DNA of 63,604 nucleotides, filler included, from Octopus bimaculoides (Eukaryota): assembly GCF_001194135.2 (NCBI RefSeq). It is 5 parts of 5 records of this genome, joined end to end, with 100 filler letters (N's around TTAATTAATTAA, not from the genome) between each part and the next. Parts side by side here need not be neighbours in the genome. Positions count along the whole stretch, not along the records: positions 50,259 to 58,776 come from NC_069004.1; positions 58,877 to 61,780 come from NW_026323286.1; positions 61,881 to 63,604 come from NW_026302433.1; 2 more parts are not named here. One strand, written 5' to 3'. The first letter of the stretch is position 1. Each line of letters opens with the position of its first letter. A model generated the notes under the pieces. It did not search any database. It was not told the DNA's origin and saw only the letters and a list, made by a program, of their open reading frames with translations. The position numbers and the translations under genes are program-made. Shown piece after piece: positions 53,586-63,604 of the stretch.

Positions 53586-53716
53586 GCTGAATAGGTACGG
53601 CTACGTCTGGTCGGAATTGGACTAGGGATGAGGAACCTGTGCTGAGAGACGGGAGAACCAGCCAAAGCAGCATTGTTAACAGCCTGAGTCTGTGGAATAT
53701 CTCGTGCCGACGACAT
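53586..53716 (-). CDS. CARHSP1: CARHSP1/CSDC2-family, first coding exon
   Basis: MSSARDIPQTQAVNNAALAGSPVSQHRFLIPSPIPTRRSRTYS(A) matches family PSPLPTRRTRT(F/Y)S. ATG at 53716, donor GC|GTGAGT. The three exons total 486 nt = 161 aa plus stop. A probable acceptor CAG at 53725-53723 implies an upstream 5'UTR exon. Confidence 0.95.
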
Positions 53717-53836
53717 GTTGGTCTGTGTTTGCCACAAAAAAGACAAACATTGTTATAATTTTATGCAAGAAATGTAAGATTATGTAGCATAACAACAGAT
53801 ATGATTAAATTTACATGAGGGACTGTAATTATTATG

Positions 53837-54085
53837 TGGAGGTGCGTGGCTTAGTGGTTAGGGTGTTGGACTTGTGATCGTAAGATTGTGATTTCAATTC
53901 CTGGACCGGGCGATGTGCTGTGTTCTTGAGCAAAAGACTTCATTTGACGTTGCTCCAGTCCACTCAGCTGGCAAAAATGAGGAACCCTGTGATGGGCCAG
54001 CATCCCGTCCAGGTGGGGAATTTATACATCACTGAAACCGGGAAACCGGCCCTTATGAGCCTCGCATAGCTCGAGAAGGAAACAT
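53837..54085 (+). mobile_element. SINE (head 1 + tail Z)
   Basis: GGAGGTGCGTGGCTTAGTGGTTAGG...GTGTTCTTGAGCAAAA...GAAACCGGGAAACCGGCCCTTATGAGCC. Confidence 0.85.
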
Positions 54086-54087
54086 TC

Positions 54088-54390
54088 GTGGAGGCATATA
54101 TGGCCTAGTGGTTAGAGTAGCGGACTCACAGTCAAGGGATTGTGGGTTCGAATCTCAGACCAGGTGATGTGTGCGTGTATATGATTGAAACACCTAAGCT
54201 CCACGCGGCTCTGGCAGAAGGTAATGGCAAACTTCTGCTGACTCATTCACCACAACTTCCTCTCACCCTTTCCTCCTGCATCTGGCAGTTCACCTGCGAC
54301 AGACCAGTGTCCCGTCCAGGTGGGGAACCTATACGCCAATGAAACCGGGAAACCGGCCCTTACGAGCCAGGCATGGCTCAAGAAGGAACA
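54088..54390 (+). mobile_element. SINE (head 2 + tail Z)
   Basis: GTGGAGGCATATATGGCCTAGTGGTTAGAG...GGTTCGAATCTC, a distinct body, then the same tail as 53837. Confidence 0.85.
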
Positions 54391-54789
54391 AACAACAGCA
54401 ACAATTATTACTTGATGTTTCTACAATACATACCCTGTGAATTGCTATCTCTATAGTCTACCTTTAAATGTGAATGGTACCTTTAGCTGTCAATAGTAAT
54501 TTTAGTAAATTAACCCTTTCGATATCAAACTCCTTGAGACCACCTTAAAGCCACAACAAATATTCATTTCAAATTTTGGCACAAGGTCAGCAGTTTTGGG
54601 AAGCGGGTAAGTCAATTATATAAACCCTAGTGCACCACTGGTACTTTATTTTATCGACCCTGAAAGGATGAAAGGTAAAGTCGACCTCACTGAAATTTGA
54701 ACTCAGGATGTAAAGCTGGACAAAATGCCACTTACTGTTTTAACCAGTGTGCTAACGACTCTGCCAGCTCACCCCACCTTGTTGGCTCT

Positions 54790-55162
54790 CCGTCACTTAC
54801 AACGTCGAGGGTTCCAGTTGATCCGATCAACGGAACAGCCTACTCGTGAAATTAACGTGCAGGTGGCTGAGCACTCCACAGACACGTGTACCCTTAACGT
54901 AGTTCTTGGGGATATTCAGTGTGACACAGTGTGACAAGGCTGACCCTTTGAATTACAGGCACAACAAAAACAGGAAGAAAGAGTGAGAGAAAGTTGTGGT
55001 GAAAGAATACATTAGGGTTCGCCATCATCCCCTGCCAGACCCTCGTGGAGCTTTTAGGTGTTTTCGTTCAATAAACACTCACAACGCCCGGTCTGTGAAT
55101 CGAAACCGCGATCCTATGACCGCGAGTCCGCTACCCTAACCACTGGGCCATTGCGCCTCCAC
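54790..55162 (-). mobile_element. SINE (head 2 + tail X)
   Basis: Head as at 54088; tail as at 17070-17250 (CACAGACACGTGTACCCTTAACGTAGTTC). Confidence 0.85.
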
Positions 55163-55504
55163 NNNNNNNNNNNNNNNNNNNNNNNNNNNNNNNNNNNNNN
55201 NNNNNNNNNNNNNNNNNNNNNNNNNNNNNNNTTACAGCCACAACAAATATTGCAAAGTATTTTCTCCCCCACATTAATGAATGGACTGAACCATGGCCCT
55301 AACCTATATCTTAATGAATAGTTTAATTCATTAAACCATCACTGCCATCACAGCCACTAAAACCACTAACCATCACCATCATTGCTACTATTCATCCACT
55401 TCTTTACCGATAATAACTGTTAATATTACAACACCTATAGCCACCATCTCAATTACTACAGCACAGGGACTATAAATACAACTACACCCCTCACCACCAC
55501 CACC

Positions 55505-55536
<32 letters not shown>

Positions 55537-56019
55537 CAACAACTAATTAAACTTGTATGACAAAAACAACAAACAACCATTGTTACTACTACCACCACTG
55601 CAACCGGCACCACCACCGCGACTGGCACCACCACCGCGACTGGCACCACCACCATCACACATAACAACACTGTATATTAGACATAAAATATGAACTCTTC
55701 CACACACCAAATCCATTGCTTCTACACATACCACTATTACAACAGTCACCACCACCACCACCACTACCACCCAGCAATTAATTAACTGCTTGGCATTCAG
55801 ATTATTCAATCAAATGTAATGCTTTTTTCATTCGTTATGCTTTTAATTAATCATGCCTTACTTTGTAACTTCGAAATTTTGATTATGATGTGATTGTATA
55901 TTTTTAGAATGGCATTGAAGGGTAAGTGTGAGAGGCTGGATCTGGCTGGTTAAAACATAAAACAGGTCAGATATTTGGGCCGGATATGGCCAGTTGAAAT
56001 GCTAAAGGATTAAGCCTAA

Positions 56020-57039
56020 AAGCATGAAAGGATGAAACACAAAGTCGACCCCAGCAGAGTTTGAACTCCAAATGTACATTCAGGTGAAATGTCACTAAGC
56101 AATTTTGTCCAGTGTGCTAACAATGATGATGGTGGTGATGGTGGTGGTGGCGGCAGAGGAGGATATATTTGTACCTCAGCATCACTTTGGTGGCATGTAC
56201 TTCTCTCTAATAATACTTTCTACTAAGGGTACAAAGTCTGAAATTTTAGGGGGTGGGGGTGGGGACTAGTCAATTACATCAACCCCAGTGTTTCACTGGT
56301 ACTTAATTTACGGAACCCTGAAAGGATGAAAGAAAGCAAAGTCGACTTCAGTGGAATTTGAACTCAGAACACAAAGATGGACAAAATGCCACTAAGGATA
56401 TCATTTGGCATGCTAATGATTCTGCCAGCTCACCAAAAATGACGATGATGATTATGATGATGCTAGCAATAATAACTGAAGTCCCGGATATTGTTTTGGG
56501 ATATACACCATTGCAAGGACTGCAATCCTCTAATTTTATTCTGCTCTCCTCTCTTGTCACCTCCGCTATGGGCCTTGGGTAGCATGTTGCAGAATTCGAA
56601 CTCAGAACGTAAAGACAAACAAAATGCCACTAAGCACTTTGTCCAACATGCAAATGATTCTGTTAATAATAATAATGATGGTGGTTTCGAATTTTTGTCA
56701 CAACGGCAGTTTGGGGGAGGGGCTTAAGTCGATTACATCAACCCCAGTGATTAACTAGTACTTATTAAATTGACCCCAAAAGGATGAAAGGCAAAGTCGA
56801 CCTCGGCAGAATTTGAACTCAGAACATAGCGACAGACGAAATTACCGCTAAGCATTTCAACTGGCGGTGCTAACGTTTCTGCCAGTTTGCCGCCTTTTTA
56901 ATAATAGTAATTGATTATTTCAAATTTTTGCCACAAGGGAAGCTTGTGGGAGGTGGTGATGCAGTAGAAATTTGCCTGAAAGTAAAAAATGTTGAATAAT
57001 GGTGCCACTAAGAATTTTGTCCGACATGCAAATGATTCT

Positions 57040-57091
<52 letters not shown>

Positions 57092-57305
57092 GTTTCAAAT
57101 TTTGCCACAAGGGCAGAAATTTGGCAGGAGGAGATGAGTCCATGACATCATCCCCAGTGTGTAACTGGTACTTATTTAATCGACTCCGAAAGGATGAAAA
57201 GGCAAAGTCGACATCGGCGGAATTTGAACTCAGAATGTAAAAACAGACGAAATATCGCTAAGCATTTTGCCCGGCGTGCTAACGATTCTGCCAGCTTGAC
57301 ACCTT
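56020..57305 (-). mobile_element. Cluster of five to six co-oriented family C SINE copies and fragments
   Basis: GAATTTGAACTCAGAA-like B boxes at about 56057, 56354, 56592, 56810 and 57220, separated by (AAT)n/(GAT)n tracts. Confidence 0.85.
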
Positions 57306-57592
57306 TTTAATATTAGTAATAATGATGACAATTTCACTTATTTGCCTCAAGGGCAAACGATAAGGGACAATACAAAGACAGATATAATAATAAGTCTACA
57401 ACACTACTGTAGCACATACTACCATTTGAGCTAGCTCTATGATTACTAACACCACTATTAACAATACTATAGCCACCACTAACACCACAACCAATCCTAG
57501 AATGCTATTGGTACCATGACCACCTCTGCTGTACTATTGCTATTACTATCACTAAAGCCATTGCTACAACAGCTACTATTACCATCACCACA

Positions 57593-57624
<32 letters not shown>

Positions 57625-57889
57625 CACTACCAGTTTCAGCTCAGCAACAATGTTTCAATAAATTATTGTAGTGGCCAGAAAGGGTGGCAGTCAGAGGAAA
57701 GGCATCGCTGAACACAGAGGGGCAGACAGAGACAGCTAGTGATAAAAGATATTGATTTCTGTAGATAGAGTATCAATATCTTTGTATCAAAGAGTCTTTA
57801 AAGTGTTATCACATGAGAGAGAGACAGGTAGATAGGTAGATGGACAAATAGAAAGGTAGGTGGGTGGATGGATAGATGGATAAAAAAGA

Positions 57890-58200
57890 CTGCTAGTTAG
57901 ACAGAGAAGTAGATAGATAGACAGATAGACAGACAGACATAGATAGACAGGCAGAAAGACATAGATAGACAGAAAAATATAGATAGATAGACAGAAAGAT
58001 ATAGATAGATAGATAGACAGATAGACATAGATAGACAGGTAGATAGGTATAGATAGACAGGCAGACATAGATAGACATACAGGTAGAAATAGATAGATAG
58101 ATAGATAGATAGATATAGACAGAAGGATATAGATACACTGATAGACAAACAGAGATAGATGGATAGTTAGGCAGACAAATAGATAGATACATAAATAGAG
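57890..58200. repeat. Degenerate (TAGA/CAGA)n tetranucleotide tract
   Basis: Direct inspection; explains the LSIY-repeat ORFs. Confidence 0.93.
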
Positions 58201-59159
58201 AGAAAGTGAGAGAGAGAGACGGAAAAGAATGAATAAAGACATAATGTGAAAGAGAAAAAGAGACGGAGAAAGTAAGACAGACAGCAGAGAGAAGTGGTGG
58301 GGGAGAGATAGTGAGGAAAAAGAATGAGGACAGAGAGGGATAGTAGAAGAGGCACAATGGGAGAGAGGGAGGTGCAAAAACATGCAATAGAGGAGAGAGA
58401 GAGAGAAGGTGGTGAAGACAGCCATAGAAGCATATTGGCAACAACTGCACTGCTAGATCACCTCTGTCAGCTCTTCACACCCCTTACACGCAAACAAATT
58501 CTCCACTGCCCACCCCTCGTCCTCCTCCTCTTCGACCATCACCAGGTTCATACCATATGTGTGTGTGTGTCCCCCGCCCACTTGCACCTCCGACTCCTGC
58601 CACCTGTCCAACAGTTCCTCATCCATCATTCCACCCCACCCACCCACACACCCGTCATGTGATTCAGAGTTCTGCTGACAACTTCTAACTTAAAACAACT
58701 GGTTGTTGCCAAGATACTCATAAATATCAACCAGTATCCATAAGGCATTTCACTACTTCCATATCATATAACTACANNNNNNNNNNNNNNNNNNNNNNNN
58801 NNNNNNNNNNNNNNNNNNNNTTAATTAATTAANNNNNNNNNNNNNNNNNNNNNNNNNNNNNNNNNNNNNNNNNNNNACTTTCAGGGATGTTTGGCCTCGT
58901 GCTTAGCCCAAACTGATGAGAATATAAGATCGATCCGGTACCGGACAAGGATTCTGAATTATTTTTTCTGTTTTTCTTTTTTGTTACTTAATTTTTGAGA
59001 TATTCTCATTTTCAGATATTCTCATTTTAAAAATCATCTCTGGCTAATCGTTGAGAGGACATTGGTGTTGTTTGCGCTCTCTGCGTACTCTTGCTATTAT
59101 CATTATTATTATTATTACTATTATTATTATTATTATCATTATTATTATTATTATTATTG

Positions 59160-59690
59160 AGTGAGAGAGCAGTGTGTGCCATCAAAGTGATATTGGGATA
59201 AAATATACTACCCGCCTGATAAGGGTACACCAGGCACATGCATCACAACCATATGTGCATAACATGGTGATCTCATATCAAGATAAACAGCGCATGACCT
59301 CGCATGTGGGGCCCAGTTAGAATTTTCTTCAGGTTGAGTAGCCCATTCCACTCAAAAGATCCCTGAATAAGGTTTGTTTAAGGATGTTGAGCAAAACACC
59401 CATGTTTCCAAAGGTGAATTATTCAAACCTCAAAGAATTCCTCTCAACACATGGCTATGATGCTCTCCCACTACTTCTGCTCGTGATCAGAGATGCACAT
59501 ATCGTCAGCCACCAAGGGACATGCTCAACTGGTTAAAGTCAAGTAATCGACAAGCAAATCTGTGGTATTAAGCAGAATATTTGCTGTAGCCCATCTTTTT
59601 ATACCAAGACAAAACAATGTACAAGATAACACTTCCAATCAATTAAGATCAGAAGCCATGAGAGCCACTGCCTGGTGCTGCATTCGGGCG
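59160..59690. mobile_element. Unclassified interspersed-repeat-like segment embedded in (ATT)n
   Basis: About 530 bp of complex sequence flanked on both sides by ATT tracts; only one copy in the window. Confidence 0.4.
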
Positions 59691-59799
59691 TTTATCATCA
59701 TCATCATTATTATTATTATTATTGTTATTGTTATTATTATTATCAATATTTTTATTATTATTGTCATTATTATTATCAATATTTTTATTATTATTGTCA

Positions 59800-60142
59800 T
59801 TTAACTTACCCACAGCTCTCGATTTCACTTGTTCCGGCTAATTCTGTGAGAATGGACCACTACCTCTTGTCAAGGGCCTCACAGTATTTCTTTCCCCGAT
59901 ATTTAACATCCAAGCACCAATCTCAAAATCCTCGCTGTCCCAAATAAAGCAATCTTCTGAGCATGTTCTACCCTCATGTCAATCCCGGATCTTCTAACAA
60001 ATTTCCCAAACCCGGTTGTTAATTCTTCCAGGACTCTCTTCTTTGCCTACATTCGTGCAATCTCATCTTCTGACGGCTCGTACTTCTCGACAATGTCTAT
60101 GATCTTGGTTTCCTTCATCATTTTATGAACAATGTCAGGTCT
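59800..60142 (-). mobile_element. 3' end of an R4/Dong-clade retrotransposon (REL endonuclease remnant, 3'UTR, (TAA)n tail)
   Basis: RPDIVHKMMKETKIIDI...RVEHAQKIALFGTARILRLVLGC* matches the PD...D nuclease region and the QK.ALLGTA.ILR terminus. One internal stop and internal deletions; followed by AAT repeats. Confidence 0.82.
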
Positions 60143-60401
60143 CCCTAGCGGTATTTCGTCTGCCGTTATGTTCTGAGTTCAAATTCCGCCGAGGTCGACT
60201 TTGCCTTTCATCCTTTCGCGGTCGATAAATTAAGCACCAGTGAAACACTTGGGTCGATTTAATCGACTAATCCCCCACCTTCCCACAAAATTTCAGGCTT
60301 TGTGCTTATTGTAGAAAGGATTATTATCATTATTATTGTTGTTGTAGTTGCTACTGTTGTTGCTGCTGCCGAAGTTTATTTCATCGTCTTATTATTGTTG
60401 T

Positions 60402-60441
<40 letters not shown>

Positions 60442-60607
60442 GTCGTGATTATCGTTGTTATTGTTTAATCCCAGCTCAACGCTTGGCCAATCTACCCGTG
60501 ACCAGCCCTAAGGAACTGTCCTTAGTAAGATGCTTTTTGTCGGAGATAGACTAATTCTAAATATAATCATAGAATTAGTCTATCTCCAACAAAAAACAGT
60601 TCCTTTT

Positions 60608-60649
60608 TAACCCTGACGAAGGGACTTGTATGTCCCGAAATATTGGATA
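60608..60649 (+). ncRNA. Minimal type I hammerhead ribozyme motif (Penelope-associated type)
   Basis: CUGACGA-A-GGGAC-UUGUAU-GUCCC-GAAA-U-AUU-GG: full core, perfect 5-bp stem II, palindromic AAUAUU stem III, weak stem I. Activity untested. Confidence 0.7.
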
Positions 60650-61734
60650 CATATACGACCAAAGATTACCAGGTAACTTACTTTTAGTTTACGTTACCTC
60701 ATCTTAAAATCTATTTACATTGTTTGGCCGTTTACATCTTTCAACATTAAATATATATATANNNNNNNNNNNNNNNNNNNNNNNNNNNNNNNNNNNNNNN
60801 NNNNNNNNNNNNNNNNNNNNNNNNNNNNNNNNNNNNNNNNNNNNNNNNNNNNNNNNNNNNNNNNNNNNNNNNNNNNNNNNNNNNNNNNNNNNNNNNNNNN
60901 NNNNNNNNNNNNNNNNNNNNNNNNNNNNNNNNNNNNNNNNNNNNNNNNNNNNNNNNNNNNNNNNNNNNNNNNNNNNNNNNNNNNNNNNNNNNNNNNNNNN
61001 NNNNNNNNNNNNNNNNNNNNNNNNNNNNNNNNNNNNNNNNNNNNNNNNNNNNNNNNNNNNNNNNNNNNNNNNNNNNNNNNNNNNNNNNNTCACAAAGAAG
61101 AAAGAGCTGTTGGGGTTCCTCATATATTTCTCTTCAGGGAGTTCATAATAAAACATATAATAGCAAGACAAAAACGAAATGATGAGGTAACTTACGAGCA
61201 GAGATGTTACATGGTCAGTGACCGTTAGAAGGTTTGTTTACATAGAGATATAAAGGAGTCAAAGATATTATTCCATGGGCTTTAGGAATAAGAACGCTTG
61301 TTTACATAGAGATATAAAGGGAGGGGGTTGTAAACGTGATGCTAAAGGTTAAACTCAGGGAGTTATTTAAATAGGGGGAGAAAGACAAATATGTTGTAGT
61401 TCTGTTAAATTTAAAGAGCTAATTGCTGAGTCAAAAAAGGAAGAAGGGAGGGAACTAAGGTAGTACATCATATAAGGGAAACTAATAACATATTTATATG
61501 TAGCGAAGAAAGTGAATAAAAATAAAAATAAATGAAATATCGTAGTCTAGTGAAGGGTTGTATATGTGTGTGCGTGCGCGTATATACATGTGTACAAATA
61601 TGTGCGTGCACGTGCATGTACACACACACACACATATATATATATATACACATATGTATACACACATACACCCACACACATACACACGCACACACACACA
61701 TACATATGTATACATGCATATACATACACACATA

Positions 61735-61780
<46 letters not shown>

Positions 61781-62259
61781 NNNNNNNNNNNNNNNNNNNN
61801 NNNNNNNNNNNNNNNNNNNNNNNNTTAATTAATTAANNNNNNNNNNNNNNNNNNNNNNNNNNNNNNNNNNNNNNNNNNNNTGTGTGTATGTGTGGGTGCG
61901 TGGGGTTGTGTGTGGAGGTATATGTGCGCTCGTGTGTGTATGCAGGTGTGTATGTAATTGTGTGCGTGTATATATGAATGTGTAGTAAGAAGTGTGCTTC
62001 ACAACCATTATGATTCTAGGTTCAATCCCCCCCGCCCTCGCGTGACCCATGGGTTTAGAGTATTCTACTTTATGACCTCAGTCTCTACAGCGTTTTTTTT
62101 CCTTGTTTTTTTTCTTCCTGAATATTGGAATGTCACCTTGACTCCCTTAAAAGCTTCGTGTATGGCCTCCTTATACATCACCTCCTTAAATTATGCTATT
62201 TATAAATTCCATGACAACGCTTTAGCAACCTCTTTTTGTGCTGGCACACTTTTTATTGT

Positions 62260-62261
<2 letters not shown>

Positions 62262-62290
<29 letters not shown>

Positions 62291-62308
62291 CCGTCGTCGT
62301 CGTCGTCG

Positions 62309-62343
<35 letters not shown>

Positions 62344-62380
62344 GTCATCATCATCATCGTCGTCATCATCGTCATCACCG

Positions 62381-62411
<31 letters not shown>

Positions 62412-62430
62412 CATCATCATCACCATCATC
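62262..62430. repeat. (CAT/CGT)n trinucleotide tract
   Basis: Source of the poly-S/H/I ORFs. Confidence 0.96.
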
Positions 62431-62601
62431 ATATACCTTTTATCTTTTACTTGTCTCAGTCGTTAGAGTGCGGCCATGCTGTGCTACCGACTCGAAGAAT
62501 TTTAGTCGAACGTTTGGACGGACCTTGGTACTTATTTTTTTTATGCCTCGTATTTATTTTATCGTTCTCTTTTGCCGAAACGGTCGTCAAGCAGAGCGGG
62601 G

Positions 62602-62636
<35 letters not shown>

Positions 62637-62643
<7 letters not shown>

Positions 62644-62865
62644 ACTTGTTTCAGTCATTTGACTGCAGCCATGCTGGAGCACCGCCTTTAATCGAACAAA
62701 TCCACCCCAGGACATATTCTTTTAAAGCCTAGTACTTATTCTATCGGTCATTTTGGGCGAACCGCTAAGTTACGGGAACGTAAACACAATCGATGTTGTC
62801 TAACATCGGTTGTCAAGCGGTGCTCCAGCAAGGCCACAGTCAAATGACTGAAACAAGTAAAAGAG
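62637..62865. mobile_element. Family E SINE module with its own 3' end appended in inverted orientation
   Basis: Arms 62637-62685 and 62817-62865 are reverse complements at 46 of 49 positions. Confidence 0.88.
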
Positions 62866-63604
62866 TGAAAGAATAATTAAAACTTAACCCAATTAACCCT
62901 TTCTTTTTTTTTTACATTCATTGCTCCCTTTTTGCTACCTTATTATCGTTCCCACTTTTCTTCAACGCCCCTAGATCTTGCCACCGCCCCTGAGCGTCCA
63001 TATAAGATTTCATTGTTAAAATTAATGAGAAATAAATTGGTTATATACTTCACAAAATTAAAATATAACAGTGTTAAAACATTGAATGGCTATCAGGGAC
63101 CAACTGGGTAACAGAAGAAATCAAAGGGTTGAATAAAAGGATAGGATGGTAACAACTGGAAAAGCTTTGATCCGGGTTCCTTAATCAAAGCCTGACCCGA
63201 AGAAACCACAACGACGGCAGAGGAAAGGCGATTGACACGACGACGACGGTGGCGACCACAATAGTATCTTTCTTTCTTTCTAGCCTTTTCTGTTTATAAA
63301 ATGTATCTTAGTTGTAGTATTCAAAAGTGTTGCCTTTTTCTCCTTCCTGTATTCGTTTCTCTCGCATCTATCTTCTTAACACTTCTCACTACACAAACTT
63401 CAGACAATGCAATCCTTATAGTTTAGATTACAATAGAAAGAAAATAAAACAATATTTCGGGGGGTTTTTTTTAACTTTCCGCTAATGAGAAAAGGAAGCA
63501 ACACTCCTTACATTTACATGCAAAAAAATAACAAACAAACAAACCAATTACAATTATCAAAGAGAACGGGGGTGGAGAAGAGAAGGGAGGAGAATGAGAA
63601 GGGA

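Noticed and set aside
53837-54150. tRNA genes at SINE heads (and all similar A/B-box segments)
   Set aside because: They continue into shared SINE bodies and I could not fold complete cloverleafs; they are tRNA-derived promoters only.
58908-58945. CTGATGAG as another hammerhead
   Set aside because: It has no GAAA and no adequate stem II.
59803-59810. Strong minus-strand donor G|GTAAGT as a CARHSP1 upstream exon
   Set aside because: It lies in the 3'UTR of the Dong-like relic, and the upstream sequence is retroelement-derived with a stop.

Overview
Repeat-dense animal genomic DNA with many microsatellites and N gaps. The SINE and LINE families suggest an octopod cephalopod (inference from recalled families, not searched). 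One protein-coding gene is firmly supported: a minus-strand CARHSP1/CSDC2-family cold-shock-domain gene with three coding exons (53716-53586, 52883-52758, 51817-51589; 161 aa). The rest is tRNA-derived SINEs, RTE and R4/Dong LINE relics, MITEs and simple repeats. The main observations are five. (1) Hammerhead-ribozyme (HHR) cores of the minimal, Penelope-associated type occur in a tRNA-headed SINE family and in a separate copy at 60.6 kb. (2) Three SINE fold-back (inverted) structures would form dsRNA if transcribed. (3) A 23-nt minisatellite in CARHSP1 intron 1 carries nine perfect sense-strand 5' splice sites. (4) A sharply bounded CpG-depleted domain (about 22.4-49.1 kb) looks like a methylated gene body, but I could not identify its product. 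(5) A pre-miRNA-sized hairpin lies next to the 60.6 kb HHR. Repeat boundaries are approximate and were set by eye.
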